DNA of 64,000 nt from Mobula hypostoma (Eukaryota), in contig NC_086097.1 in assembly GCF_963921235.1 (NCBI RefSeq), positions 117,616,001-117,680,000 on the forward strand, in the 5' to 3' direction. The translations under genes and the position numbers were made by a program. The notes under the pieces were generated by a model. The model was not told the origin of the DNA and made no database searches. It saw only the letters and a program-made list of their open reading frames with translations. Shown one piece after another: positions 25,317 to 38,272 of this stretch; position 1 is the first letter of the stretch; every line of letters begins with the position of its first letter.

Positions 25317-27235
25317 ATACAAGCTTGTCTTTTAATGCATCAGAAAGTCCATTTCTAATGTTACAGTACCAGGAAAGTTGTGCAGTTTTGCAATATATTC
25401 AGAAAGGGTTTCATCTTTTGACTGGTTCCATTTGTAAAACCTAAATGTCTCAGCTATTATCAGTGGTATCAGCTCAAGTGATTTTGCAAAATTATAACAA
25501 TTTTGTCAAACATCTTGCTTGCTGGCTCTTCAATTGTTGTGTAAGAGACTTACTTTCTTGGGCCCTTTAAGCTGAGACGTGTAGAGGCTTTTTTGCTTCT
25601 CCACGTTGTTCACATTACAATACAGTTCAACCCGCTTGATATACAACTCCTAGCCTTCATTAGTGCTAGCAAGTTCATCAATTTACCCAACTGAAGCCAT
25701 CACCATGTTATTTTCACTTTAAATTCAGCACGTCTTTCACTGTTACTATGCACCTTACTCACACCTTCGTTAGCGTCTGTGACAGTTGATTTACTCTTGC
25801 TGTTGTGTCCCATAACTGTCGGTGCAGCTGTTGATATTTTCTGACATTCAAGTTCATACTTGTTGCCAATAAGTTGCAGCTGTTCACAACTACATATCAA
25901 TTCAATAAAAGCACGCATGAGGGAGATGGCTTTATATGGAGTATTCACATTGCGATTAGAGAGAGAGAACAATGCACATGGATAGACAACAGCACATGTG
26001 CAGACAACAGATCAATATGTAGTGCAAAGGAGGGGACGTTGTTCTAAAAGAAATATATCCATATATTGCACTCTTTGATAAAGATTCCAGTGGTCAGCAC
26101 AAATGTATGCTGGTTACTCACCATTAAACTGTATTGACAATCTTTTCCAAAGATTTGTGTTAAATGTCTGTGTAATTGCAGGTTGCAATTCCAGTTGTTA
26201 AGATTAGAAATAAAATTCCCGTTGCATTGTGTTAAGAAAATCATTGTTTGGGTGACATGATTACACCCTCATGGATTAGCTCAGATGGAAGGACCCAAAC
26301 TAAGATGTCAGCTGTTCCTCCATTGATGTTGCCTGACCTACTGAGCTCCCCCAGCATTTTGTGCATTGCTTCACATTCCAGCATCTACACTCTCTTGCAT
26401 CTCTATGTTTGCAACTTCCTTCAGTTCAGTCAGTCTGGAGAGAGAATTGTCAGAGGCTCAGACCCTCAGCACTGGAAGCCTTGTAATAATCTTCCCTGGT
26501 TCTATAGCTTTCTTTTCTTCTTAATTGCAACTGACTAATAAAAGTAAAGGACTGGAAATAAAATTTCAAAAATATGTTAATGTAAAAAGATCTGTGCACT
26601 GTTATTGTTTAAATGCCATTATATCCATATGTTTATGAGCAATATTCCCTCCATTCTGCACTGGTGTAAGGAACTGGAACACTAAAAATGTGGTGCTGCT
26701 ATCCAGGAAACATTGGGAGAGAGATAGAGAACAACAGCCTAATATTTTTGTCACCAAGAAAATACTAGCATTCATCACTAAGAAGCTGGCAATAAAGCAT
26801 TAATCCCTCGGGATTAATAAAGTATATCTATCTATCTATCGATTTAGAAAATCTAACATGAAATTTAGAATATCTAACATGATCAGACATTCATTCATAA
26901 TTTGTAGCCTTAAATTCTTACTTTAGTGTCTCTATGCTCGACTCTGCTTCCAAAGTTCATTTTTATTCCTTTTCTCACATTTCTTTCCATTATTTTTCAA
27001 TATTAAACATTTGGGTGAAAATCTGGGCAAAAGAAGTTTCAGAGAATCTAATAAGTTTTGCACATTAAGGGAAATATTGATGTTGCACATCACAATTTCC
27101 AAAAAATGATTTAGGTAAGGTTCGTTATAAAAGACCAAGAAAAAAATTACATCACCAGGGACTGGAAGATATTACATTTACATTGATAGATGATTAGTTA
27201 AAGAATAGAAAAGAGAGAATTGTTAATAATTGTAA

Positions 27236-27585
27236 GCACAAGACATTCTGCAGATGCTGGAAATCTTGAGCAACGAACACACGATGCTGGAGGAATTCAG
27301 CTGGCCGGACAGCATCTATGGAGAGGAATAAACAGTCAGAATTTCAGGCCAAGACCCTCCATCAGGACTGGAAAGGAAGATGGAAGAAGCAAGGACAAGA
27401 TGGTGGTGGGGGTGGATGTGAAGACGTGTAAGCAGGCATGATGGCTGAAACCAAGTGAAGGGGAAATACACAAATTTACCCAGTGGGGGATCAGGGATGA
27501 AGTAAGAAGCTGGGAGTGATAGGTAGAAGAGGGTTGACGAGGAATGTATTCTATAGAAGAGGAGAGTGGACCACTGGAAAAAAAG
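27236..27585 (-). mobile_element. Penelope-like element 3' terminus with degenerate hammerhead
   Basis: Collinear with 37246-37570; minus strand cagtc-ctgatgg-agggtcttggcct-gaaattct-gactg at 27333-27370. Confidence 0.8.
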
Positions 27586-27696
27586 GAATAATTGTTTTAT
27601 GTCTGGTTTGACAGGCTATTACTTGTAGAATACCATAAGGGTAATTGTGGGGCTCTCTATAAGTTATAGACTATACTAATGAGTTAGATCAATGTC

Positions 27697-28167
27697 CATA
27701 TGACCATAAAACTATAAGATGTAGGAACAGAATTAGGCCATTCAGTCCATCGAGTATCTCCACCATTCCATCATGGTTGATTTAATATCCCTCTCAATCT
27801 CATTCCCCTGACTTCTCCCCATAACCTTTGGCATCCTTTTTAATCAAGAACCTACCAACCTCCCCTTTACATAGACCCAAAAACTTGCCTCCAAAACCAT
27901 CTGTAGGAATGAATTTCACAGATTCACCATTCTATCTAAAGAAATTCCTCCTCATTTCTTTTCTAAAGGGACTATCTTGTATTCTGAGGCTGTACTCCTT
28001 GGTCCTAGACTCCCCCAATACAGGAAACTTCTTATCCATGTTTACTCAATCCTTTGAATACTCAATAGGTTTCAATGAGTTCCACCACCGCCCACCCCAC
28101 TATTTTTCTAAACTTCTGTGAGTACAGACCCAGAGGTATCAAATGCTATTCATATATTGGCCTTTCC
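27697..28167 (-). mobile_element. CR1 3' fragment
   Basis: 3'UTR and degenerate ORF2 C-terminus. Confidence 0.88.
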
Positions 28168-28689
28168 ATGTCAAGGTGATGCGCATCTACAGTATAATAC
28201 AGAAGAGGCGTTAAAAGAACAAACAATGGAATTTTGTATAGAAATTCAATTGAGTCATCCTGCTTCAATGAAATATAATTTCAAATGAAACACGCTAATG
28301 GTGGAATTGATTCACATTACTTTAGAAAATTGACCAGAAGTTTCTTGTCTCAGTTACACTTCCACTTCCTGTTGAACTTTGGCATAGGGGTTCCATGGGA
28401 ATTAATGCATCTTTTGGTGTATTGAAGCGGAGAACATGGGCTCTACTGGGTGGTAGAGTTAGAGGACAAGATGGATCAATAATCATTGTAGCAGAAGTTT
28501 TACAGTAAGTGTGAGTAAAGAATATCAGCCCAAGGCAGTACAAATATCTAGTTAGAAATCTGGACTGGGTTAATTTTCAATTAAAACTGAATTTACAATG
28601 GTTGTATCTTCAGAAGTGATTGTTCAGATATGTTCGAGTAGAAAGGGTAAAACAATTAAACTCAGAGTTCCCTGAACGACCACAAAAAT

Positions 28690-29502
28690 ATTGAGTGCTG
28701 GAGTTGAAATGCTAGGTTGAAGTTGTATAGGATGTTGGTGAGGCCTAACTTGGAGTATTGTGTGCAGCTCTGGTCAGCTCCACTTAGGAAAAATATCAAT
28801 AAGATCGAAAGAGGACAGAGAAAATTTGCAAGGATGTTGCAGGGTCTAGAGGACTTGGATAATATGGAAATGCTAAATAGGTTCGGACTTTATTCCCTGG
28901 AGTGTAGGAGAATGAGTGATATTCAATAGAGGTGTACAAATTAATGAAGGGTCAATGCAAGCAGGTGTTTTCCACTGAGGTTGGGTGAGACTAGAACAAG
29001 AGGTCATATGACAAGGGTGAAAGGTGAAATATTTAAGGGGAACTTGAGAAGGAATTTCTTCACTCAGAGGGTGGAAAGAGTGTGGAATGAGCTGCGAGCG
29101 GAAGTGGCGAATGTCATTTCAATTTTCAAAATTTAAGAGAAATTTGGATGCGTACATGGATGGGAGGGCTAGCTGGTGGCGTAGTGGCATCAGCGCCGGA
29201 CTTCGGAGCGAAGGCTCCCGAGTTCGAACCCAGCCGGCTCCACAGGCACGCTTTCCATCCGTGCTGGGTTGAGCGTCGAGCTAGCAACCCAACCTCGTAA
29301 AAAGGAAATTGCCTGCTACAGAAACAACAACAGCAAAAAGTTGATGGCCTATGCTCTCTAGTGAGTTTAAAAGGCAATTTCCTTTCCTTTTACATGGATG
29401 GGAGGTGTACGGAGGGCTAGGGTCCAGGCATAAGCCATTGGGACTAGGTACAATAACAATTCAGACTAGACTAGATGGATTTATGGGCCTGTTTCTGTGA
29501 CT
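28690..29502 (+). mobile_element. Older CR1 3' fragment, split by a SINE
   Basis: ORF 28717..28929 KLYRMLVRPNLEYCVQLWS. Confidence 0.88.
29168..29390 (+). mobile_element. Young tRNA-derived SINE with RTE-like body
   Basis: A box tggcgtagtgg, B box agttcgaacc; perfect 15-bp TSD tacatggatgggagg (29153-29167, 29391-29405); (tttcc)n tail. Confidence 0.92.
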
Positions 29503-29913
29503 CTAAAAACAAAGTAAACCAAAGCAGAGAAAAGGCATATGATTAATGTCATATTACTACAAGAGTGAAATCCAGCCAGCCGTAAGAGGATGTCAAAATG
29601 AAATTAAGGGAGCAAAGAGAGAACCTGAAAAAATACTGTTAATCTTTGAAGGGAATCTGAAGATCTTGCCTCAGCATGTAAGTAGTGCATAGGTAATAAA
29701 GGAGATAAGACTTAACAGCTAATCCCAAAACATTCCATGAGCATGTGAACAGGAAGAGGGCTGTAAGAGAAGTGGGTCGACTAAAAACTAGTAAGATCCC
29801 GCTCACGGAGGCAGAGGGAATGGCTGAGGTACCAAGTGAAACATTTTCATTGGTTGTTACCAAAAAATAAGATGCTTCTGAAGCCTCAGCAAAAGAAGAT
29901 GTGTTTAAGAGAT

Positions 29914-31117
29914 TATATGGATTTTCAAAAGGCTTTTGACAAGGTCCGACACAGGAGGTTAGTGTGCAAACTTAAAGCACACGGTATTGGGGGTAAGGTA
30001 TTGATGTGGATAGAGGATTGGTTGGCAGACAGGAAGCAAAGAGTGGGAATAAACGGGACCTTTTCAGAATGGCAGGCGGTGACTAGTGGGGTACCGCAAG
30101 GCTCAGTGCTGGGACCCCAGTTGTTTACAATATATATTAATGACTTAGATGAGGGAATTAAATGCAGCATCTCCAACTTTGCAGATGACACAAAGCTGGG
30201 CGGCAGTGTTAGCTGTGAGGGGGATGCTAAGAGGATGCAGGGTGACTTGTATAGGTTAGGTAAGTGGGCAAATTCATGGCAGATGCAATTTAATGTGGAA
30301 AAGTGTGAGGTTATCTACTTTGGTGGCAAAAATAGGAAAACAGATTATTATTTGGATAGTGGCCGATTAGGAAAAGGGGAGGTGCAACGAGACCTGGGTA
30401 TCATTATACACTAGTCATTGAAAGTGGGCATGCAGGTACAGCAGGCGGTGAAAAAGGCAAATGGTATGCTGGCACTCATAGCAAGAGGATTCGGATACAG
30501 GAGCAGGGAGGTACTACTGCAGTTGTATAAGGCCTTGGTGAGACCACACCTGGAGTATTGTGTGCCGTTTTGGTCCCCTAATCTGAGGAAAGACATTCTT
30601 GCCATAGAGGGAGTACAAAGAAGGTTCACCAGATTGATTCCTGGGATGGCAGGACTTTCATATGAAGAAAGACTGGATGAACTGGGCTTATACTCGTTGG
30701 AATTTAGAAGATTGAGGGAGAGATCTTATTGAAACGTATAAAATCCTAAAGGGATTGGACAGGCTAGATGCAGGAAGATTGTTCCCGATGTTGGGGAAGT
30801 CCAGAACGAGAGGTCACAGTTTGAGGATAAAGGGGAAGCCTTTTAGGACCGAGATGAGGAAAAACTTCTTCACACAGAGAGTGGTGAATCTGTGGAATTC
30901 CCTGCCACAGGAAACAGTTGAGGCCAGTTCATTGGCTATATTTAAGAGGGAGTTTGATATAGCCCTTGTGGCTAAAGGGATCGGGGGTATGGAGGAAAGG
31001 CTGGTAACTGGTTCTGTGTTGGATGATCAGCCATGATCATACTGAATGGCGGTGCAGGCTCGAAGGGCCGAATGGCCTACTCCTGCACCTATTTTCTATG
31101 TTTCTATGTTTCTATGT
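29914..31117 (+). mobile_element. Young 5'-truncated CR1, within older CR1 debris at ~29560-31230
   Basis: ORFs 29836..30414, 30418..30732 and 30755..31036; (atgtttct)n tail; nearly the same sequence as 11893-13085. Confidence 0.96.
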
Positions 31118-32558
31118 CGGGCATTGATTGAAAAAGGTGGAGGTACTGGAACATTTAACTCTTCTGAAAGTGGATGAGTGACTTGAGATGTGTCCAGTCT
31201 CCTGACAAGAGTGAGGGTGGCAGATGTGGGAGAGTAGGGAGCTGCAAATGGTGTGGCAGCAATTCAGCTGAGAAATTCAGGCAACATTGTAAATCAGAAG
31301 TTCGGTAGACACATTAACTGGAAGCCGGAATTAAAATGACAGCATTGAAATTCCTTCTGGCTATTTCCTTGCTTAAACAAAGGCCACTGATAACTTTATG
31401 TGGCAGTTTATTAAGATCCCAGATTGTTCTGTTAGGGAATCCGGAGATTTCGATATTCAAGTTACATGACAGAGACTTGTGCATAACATTGAATTGTGGT
31501 AGCACAGTGCAGTCTGAAACAGTACGCTGCTAGCAATATAATTGCTGGTCTTTTTACCAAATGCTTTCTGCTTCTAGTGTGAATTTCTATCAGCCACTGA
31601 CGGGATGTGGTTATCACAAACATTGACTGTGCATTTCTGATTGCCACTGAGAAGTACGGATTTGCAACCTTTAGATGTTTTTTTGTAGTCAATGTGGTGA
31701 ACATGTTCACAAAGCTTCCATGGGGTGGTTTAGCATTTAGACTTTTCTATGGAGGGACAGTCCATATGAGGAAGGGAATATACACAGGGCAGTGTTTCAT
31801 CTCCCTTCTGCACCTATTCGCATTGCAGTCGGGGATAGTTAATTCATAGTAGATCATAGTGAACTCTTGGTTCTGTAGCACAGAGACTGGGGTGGGGATG
31901 AGCAGGTAGTAGTGAAGTAAAGGGGGCCACTACAGGGTCAATATCAGGCTTGTGTGCTTAGTGTCACTTTATGAACATACGATCACCTATGTATTTATAA
32001 TCTATTGTGTTTTTTTATGTTTGTGTTCTTCATCATATTTTTTTTGTGTTGCATGCGGTCAGGAGCAAACAATTATTTTGTTCTCATTTACATTTATGTA
32101 CTGGAAATGATTAAATAATCCTGAATCTTGAACATGCCCTTGACACACACTGTAGGCCAAGGTGAACTGATGCCTGGATGCTGGCCTGTCTATGGCTTCA
32201 TATAACTACAGGCCAGTAGCTTGCAATTAGGGAAAAAAGCTATATAACGTAAAAGTGGAACTGTACACAGCTGTTATTTAACATTGGTGTTAAAGCTTGA
32301 CACCGTAAAAGGCCTAACTCTTTATGTATACACAGAGCATACAGAGTAGAGATAGTTGGAGAAAAGTAGTTAAGAAACAGTATAAGAATCATGCAAACTT
32401 TGAATCAGGGAACATTCTTTCTGGGATGAATGGTTCCCCTGTTGACATCAGCTTATTATATAGAGCAGGAATTAGAATCAGAATTATTATCACTGACATA
32501 CAGTTTTGTGCAAAAGTCTTTGGTACATGTATATATACATGTATATGTATGTATGTTT

Positions 32559-32632
<74 letters not shown>

Positions 32633-32643
32633 TATATATATAT
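32559..32643. repeat. (TA)n(CA)n microsatellite
   Basis: Direct reading. Confidence 0.98.
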
Positions 32644-33254
32644 CTTTGCCCAAGATGGTAACTGTTTATTCATTGCCATAGATGCCACCTGACCTGCTGA
32701 GCTCCTCTAGCATTTTATCTGTGTTGTGTTATATCTAGCTATGGCAGACATCCCATCCTGCAAAAGCTCATTTCAGGGAGATCTCAACTTCATTTCAGGG
32801 AGGTCTCTACCGGAAGTGTCAACCTCTTAGCAGTCTGTGTCATTGAATTTGTTAATTTTGCAAGACATCAGATTCACAAGTGTTTTGTGAGATGGATGAC
32901 TTCTGAATTCTGTCTTAATGTGCCATGTTGATGAGCAGGCATAGTTTTTTGCTATTTCTGAATCAGGAAACATTTTCGTGAATAGCTTGCCTGTGTGCTC
33001 ACACACCCGGAATGGCAGGTAATGTTCAACGATGAAAGATGTAAAGTACATCTCAGCTCTAGTGACCTTTTCTGTCAGACTTTGATTTTCTGCTGAAAGG
33101 AACTGTAAAATACTTGAACAGCCTTCCCTGCGCTTAAGCTCCCTAATATGTTGTGGTCCTTAAAAGAAACAAAAGCATAAGGTGCATCCTTATTACAGGT
33201 GTGCGCCACTTAACGTCCATTCGGACAATGTCCGATCGCATATACGTCCGTAGT

Positions 33255-33380
<126 letters not shown>

Positions 33381-33476
33381 GCCTGCAATAGTCGGGATCA
33401 GAACTTACTTCTTTACATCGAAATGGGGGATTTTAAATGAGTGGTATTTTAAATGAATGATTTAGAAGTTCTGTAT

Positions 33477-33700
33477 CTTCAAGTTCAAGTTTATTGTCAT
33501 CTGGCTGATTGTCCACAGATGAAACAATCTCTGTCTGGACCATGGTGTGGCCACAATTCAAATATCACGCACACCACATAAAACAATATATTACCATATT
33601 ATTTAATAAAGTGTAATTCAAAATGCATATAACGTGCACAGCACAGGTAAACAGTTCGCTGTCCTAATTACAAGACCTCGCTGGGGGCCAGGTATTTATT
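33477..33700 (-). mobile_element. LINE 3' end (Rex1/L2 type) nested in the hAT element
   Basis: Minus strand ends atgacaataaacttgaacttgaa. Confidence 0.6.
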
Positions 33701-34467
33701 AAAATCATTTTATCTTCTGAGAACGGCTGTGCTTAAAACCAGCCCATCGCGGGCTTCGATGTACCTGTAAGTGGAAGTGTTTCAGGAAAAAAACCCCGAA
33801 GAATTTGCTTGCTATGAGCGCATTTTTAACGATTTTGCAATTTCTCTCCAATTTAAACCCCACTCTAATCCCCTTTAAGACGCTAATGCGCCCCGCCCGT
33901 ATAGGACAGCCTCGCGTAGTCAGGTTGTCACCACAAGCCTTGGGAATTTCTTCGCCAGGCTTTTGTACTTCATCACCGACAGTTGTCCGGATAATTTCAG
34001 TGTCATTACATACTGAACTGATGGAATATGGAAGACAGAGAGATATCGACTGTAAAGCCCGCCCACAGAGAAAACTGATAGGTCTACTTAGCACAAAGAG
34101 AGATCAAGCAGGATTCATTCATTTTCTTTCTTTCTTTTTTTCCCCTCTCCCTCTCCCTCTCTAAAAAATCGATTTCCAGGATATTGTATATAATTTCCGG
34201 GCATCAGGGAGCTGCTATCGATATGCAGGAGACTCCTGGAACTCCCAGGAGAGGTGGGATGTCTGCTATGGTGCCCAACACTTCTACACAGTCCGTATTT
34301 TTGGAGCGGAGAGCGAGTTTGTAAATCTGGCAGGAGTAAAGGATGTTGCTAACGGTGAGGGTGGAGTGCCACCAGAGTGGTATGGGACAGGTGGCAGAGA
34401 AGGAATGCCAGGGGCAGGGTGTGGCACAGGTAAAGTCACACCCAGTCCTGAGACACCAGGCAAGGTC

Positions 34468-37194
34468 CGTAAACCGTAAACCAAATTCCACAGGCTAAAG
34501 AAATTCCTCCTCATCTCCCATCTAAATGGACGTCCCACTATTCTGAGGCTGTGCCCTCTAGTCCTAAACTCCCCCACCATAGGAAACATCCTCTCCACAT
34601 TCACTCTATCAAGGTCTTTCAACATTTGATATGTTTCAATGAGATCCCCTCTCATACTTCTGAATGGCAGGGAGAGCAGGCCCACAGCCATCAATTGTTC
34701 CTCATATGGTAACCCTTTCATTCCCGGAATAATTTTTGTGAACCTCCTCTGAACCTCTCCAATGTCAACACATCCTTTCTTGGATAAGGGCCCAAAACGG
34801 CTCATAATACGCAAAGTGAGGCCTCATTAATCCTCAATATTACATCCTTGCTTTTATATTCTAGTCCTCTCAAAATGAACGCTAACATTACATTTTCCTT
34901 CCTCACCACTGACTCAACCTGTATATTAATATTCAGGGAATCTTGGATGAGGACTCCCAAGTCCATTTGTACCTCAAATTTTAAAGTTTACTCTTCATTT
35001 AGAAAAAAGTCTACCCTTTTATTCTTTCTATGAAAGTGCATGACCATACAATTCCCGACACTGTATTCCACTTCCTTGCCATTGCTCCTAATCTAAGTCC
35101 TAATGCTGCCTCCGCCTGTCTTTATATCATCTGCAACCAACCAGAAAAGCCTCCCCTTATTCCCATTCTTTGTCTCCTGCTAACCAGTCACTGCTTTATC
35201 CATGCTAGAATCTTCCCTGTAATACCATGGGCTCTTAACTTGTTGAGCAGCCTCATGTGCGGCACCTTGTAAAAGGCCTTCTGAAAATCCAGGACACAAC
35301 ATCCACTGATTTTCCTTTATACATCCTGCTCATTATTTCTTCAAAGAATTCCAACATATTTGCCAGACAAGATTTTCCCTTAAGAAAACCATGCTGACTT
35401 CCGCCTATTTTATCATGTGTTTCCAACTACTTCAAAACCACATACTTAACAATCGACTCCAACATCTTCCCAAGCATTAAGGTAAACTAACTAGCCTACA
35501 ATATTCTTTCTTCTGCATCTCTCCCTTCTTGAGGAGTGGAATGACATTTGCAATTTTCCTGTCCTCCATAACCGTTCCATAATCTAGTGATTCTTGAAAG
35601 ATTATTACTAATGCCTCCACAGTCTCTTCTTTCAGAACCTTGAGATGTGGAACATTTGCTCCAGGTGATTTATCTATCTTTAGACCTTTCAGTTTGCTGA
35701 GCATCTTCTCCCTAGTAATGGCAACTTCACTCACTTCTGCCACAGATGCTGCCTAGATGCTGCCTGGCCTGCAGAGTCCCTCCAGTATTTTGTGTGTTAC
35801 TACCTCTCTGGCATCATTTTCCAATGGTCCAATAACTTCTATTGCCTCTCCTTTATTTTTTTATATATCTGAATAAACATTTAGTATCCTCTTTAATATT
35901 ATTGGCTAGCTTATCTTCATATTTCATCTTTTCCTTCTTAATGACTTTTTTAGTTGCCCTCTGTTGGTTTATAAAACCTTCCCAATCCTCAAATTCCCAT
36001 TAATTTTTGCTCTATTATATGCCCTCTCTTTGGCTATTATGTTAACTTTGACTTCCCTTGTCAGCCACGGTTGTGTCATCCGGCCTTTAGAATAATTCTC
36101 CTTTGGAATGTATCTATCCTGTGACTTCCATATCACTCCCAGAAATTTCAGGCATTGCTGCACTGTAGTCATCCTACCTAGTGTCCCCTTCGAATCAACT
36201 TTGACTAGCTCCTCTCTCATGCCTCTGTAATTCCCTTTACTGTACTGTAATAATGATATCTCTGACTTTAGCTTCTCCCTTTTGAACTGCAGGGTGAATT
36301 CTATCATATTATGATCACTGGTCCTGAAGGGTTCCTTTATCTTTAGCTCTCTAATCAATTCCAGTTCATTGCCAAATCCAGAATAGCTGATCCCCTTGTG
36401 GGCTCAACCATGAGCTGCTCAAAACGCCATCCCATAGGCTTTCTACAAATTCCCTCTTCTGCAATCCAGCACCAACCTGAATTTCCCAATCCACCCGTAT
36501 ATTGAAATCCCCCATGAATATCATAACGTTGCCTTTTTGACATACATTTTATATCTCATGTTGTAATTTATAGACCACATCCTGGATACTGTTCGGAGGC
36601 CTGTAATAACTGCCATCGGGGTCTTCGTACCCTTGCAGTTCCTTAGCTCTACCCATAAGGATTCTATATCTTCCAATCCTATGTCAGCTCTTAACTTTTT
36701 ACCATCAGAGGCACTCTACTCCCTCTATCTACCTGTCTGTCCTTACAAAACAATGTGCATCCTTGGGATGTTAAGCTCATAGCTGTAATCTTCTTTCAGC
36801 TACGAATCAGTGATGCCCAAAACATTTTACCTGCCAATCTCTAACTATGCTACAAGTTCATCTACCTTAATCTGTATACTCTGTTCATTTAAATATAACA
36901 ACTTCATCCCTATATTCATCATCCTTTTCAATTTTTTCCCCTTTTACCTTGCAAATCAACTCTTTGACTGCAATTTTGCCCTATCATCAGGCTCTCCTTG
37001 CTGGCAGTCTCACTACACACTGCATCTGTTTGTAAATCAACTACCCCATACTCTGCCCTATCACTGTGATTCCCATTTCTCTTGCTGGATAAGTTGAAAC
37101 CATCCCAAACAGCTCTAGCAAACCTGCCCAGAAGGATATTGCCTCCCCCCAATCCCGAACAAAACAAGTGTAACACGTCCCTTTTGTACAGGTC
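34468..37194 (-). mobile_element. Degenerate CR1 (ORF1 esterase end, EN, RT) lacking the normal 3'UTR
   Basis: ORFs 34284..34814, 35477..35743, 35969..36358 (SDHN) and 36928..37176 (GGNILLGRFARAV); aggtc at both junctions. Confidence 0.9.
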
Positions 37195-37338
37195 ATTTGA
37201 TTCCGAACAATTGGTTTATGGATCATTACAGAATGTCTCTCTGGTAAACACAAAGTAATCTGCAGATGCTGTTGTCAAAGGAACATTCACAATGCGCTGG
37301 AGGAACTCAGCAGGTCAGTCAGCATCAGTTGAAAAGTT

Positions 37339-37376
37339 TAGTCGACGTTTCGGGCCGAAACCCTTCATCAGGACTG
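37339..37376 (-). ncRNA. Minimal type I hammerhead ribozyme motif of the PLE
   Basis: cAGUC-CUGAUGA-a-GGGU uucg GCCC-GAAAC-GUC-GACUa: stem I, core, stem II with UUCG loop, GAAA, GUC cleavage triplet. Confidence 0.8.
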
Positions 37377-37571
37377 AAGGAAGAACTTTGGGGAGGGTTT
37401 GAAGAATGCTGGTAGTTGAAAAAAAACAGTAATTTTAAAGACAAAGGGGTTGGGGAGGGGAAGCAGGGAGGTGATTGGCAGGAGAACAATGTGAAGTAGT
37501 AGAAGGAGGCAGAACTATGAGGGAGGTGATGTGAAATAGGGATAGAGGAAGGGAGGGGGAGGGGGAGGGAA

Positions 37572-37925
37572 TTACCAGAAGTTGGAGAATTCTATGTTCA
37601 TACCAAGGGGCTGGAGACTACCTAGACGGTATATGAGGTGTTGCGCCTCCAACCTGAGTTTAGCCTCATCATGACAGTAGAGGAGGCCATGTATGGACAT
37701 ATCTGAATGGGAATGGGAAGCAGAGTTGAAGTGGGTGGCTACCGGGAGATCCTGTTTGTTGTGGCCGACGGAGTGGAGGTGCTCTACGAAGCGGTCCCCC
37801 AATCTGCGTCGGGTTTCACCGATGTAGAGGAGGCCGCACCGGGAGCACCGGATGCAATAGATGACCCCAACAGATTCGCAAGTGAAGTGTTGCTTCACCT
37901 GGAAGGACTGTTTGGGGCCCTGAAT
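37572..37925 (-). pseudogene. GIY-YIG endonuclease domain (PLE ORF C-terminus; CxxC insert, Neptune-like)
   Basis: FTCESVGVIYCIRCSRCGLLYIGETRRRLGDRFVEH..PVATHF..LEAQHLIYRLGSLQPLGMN, uninterrupted to the stop. Confidence 0.9.
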
Positions 37926-38205
37926 CTTTTCAACTGATGCTGACTGACCTGCTGAGTTCCTCCAGCACATTGTGAATGTCTCTCTGGTGTTTCCTACTCC
38001 CTCCCCTCTCTCTTCCCCTTTTCCCAACTGTGATTCTCCTCTCCCTGCCCCCCTTCCCACTCTCAGTCCACAATCGACACCCATATCAGAACCTGGTTAT
38101 TCATCACTCACATACGTCATGAAATTTGTTGTTCTCTTTTTGTGGCAGCAGTGCAGTGCAATACATAAAATTACTACCGTACGGTGCAAAACTCTTTGGC
38201 ACACA

Positions 38206-38206
<1 letters not shown>

Positions 38207-38256
<50 letters not shown>

Positions 38257-38272
38257 TATATATATATATATA
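38207..38272. repeat. (CA)n(TA)n microsatellite
   Basis: Direct reading. Confidence 0.97.

Larger units (their letters stand above)
16643..26070 (-). mobile_element. Decayed full-length Ty3/Gypsy LTR retrotransposon with nested insertions
   Basis: ~200-bp LTRs at 16643-16848 and 25872-26070; PPT aaaggaagaag; decayed PBS tggcaacaag. Gag knuckle CRKCHRQGHTQRVC (~24860-24905), protease MELDTGSA (24631-24660), RT CYLDD (~23791-23806), RNase H LACDVS (~18800), integrase remnants 17390-18200. Confidence 0.93.
37246..37979 (-). mobile_element. 5'-truncated Penelope-like element with GIY-YIG domain and inverted terminal segment
   Basis: GIY-YIG coding sequence. 37926-37979 is an inverted copy of 37283-37336 (54 bp, 1 mismatch). 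gaatgtctctctggt is duplicated at 37231-37245 and 37974-37988. Confidence 0.93.

Noticed and set aside
28322..28543. Possible host exon
   Set aside because: Open frames on both strands, but no recognisable protein and weak splice support.
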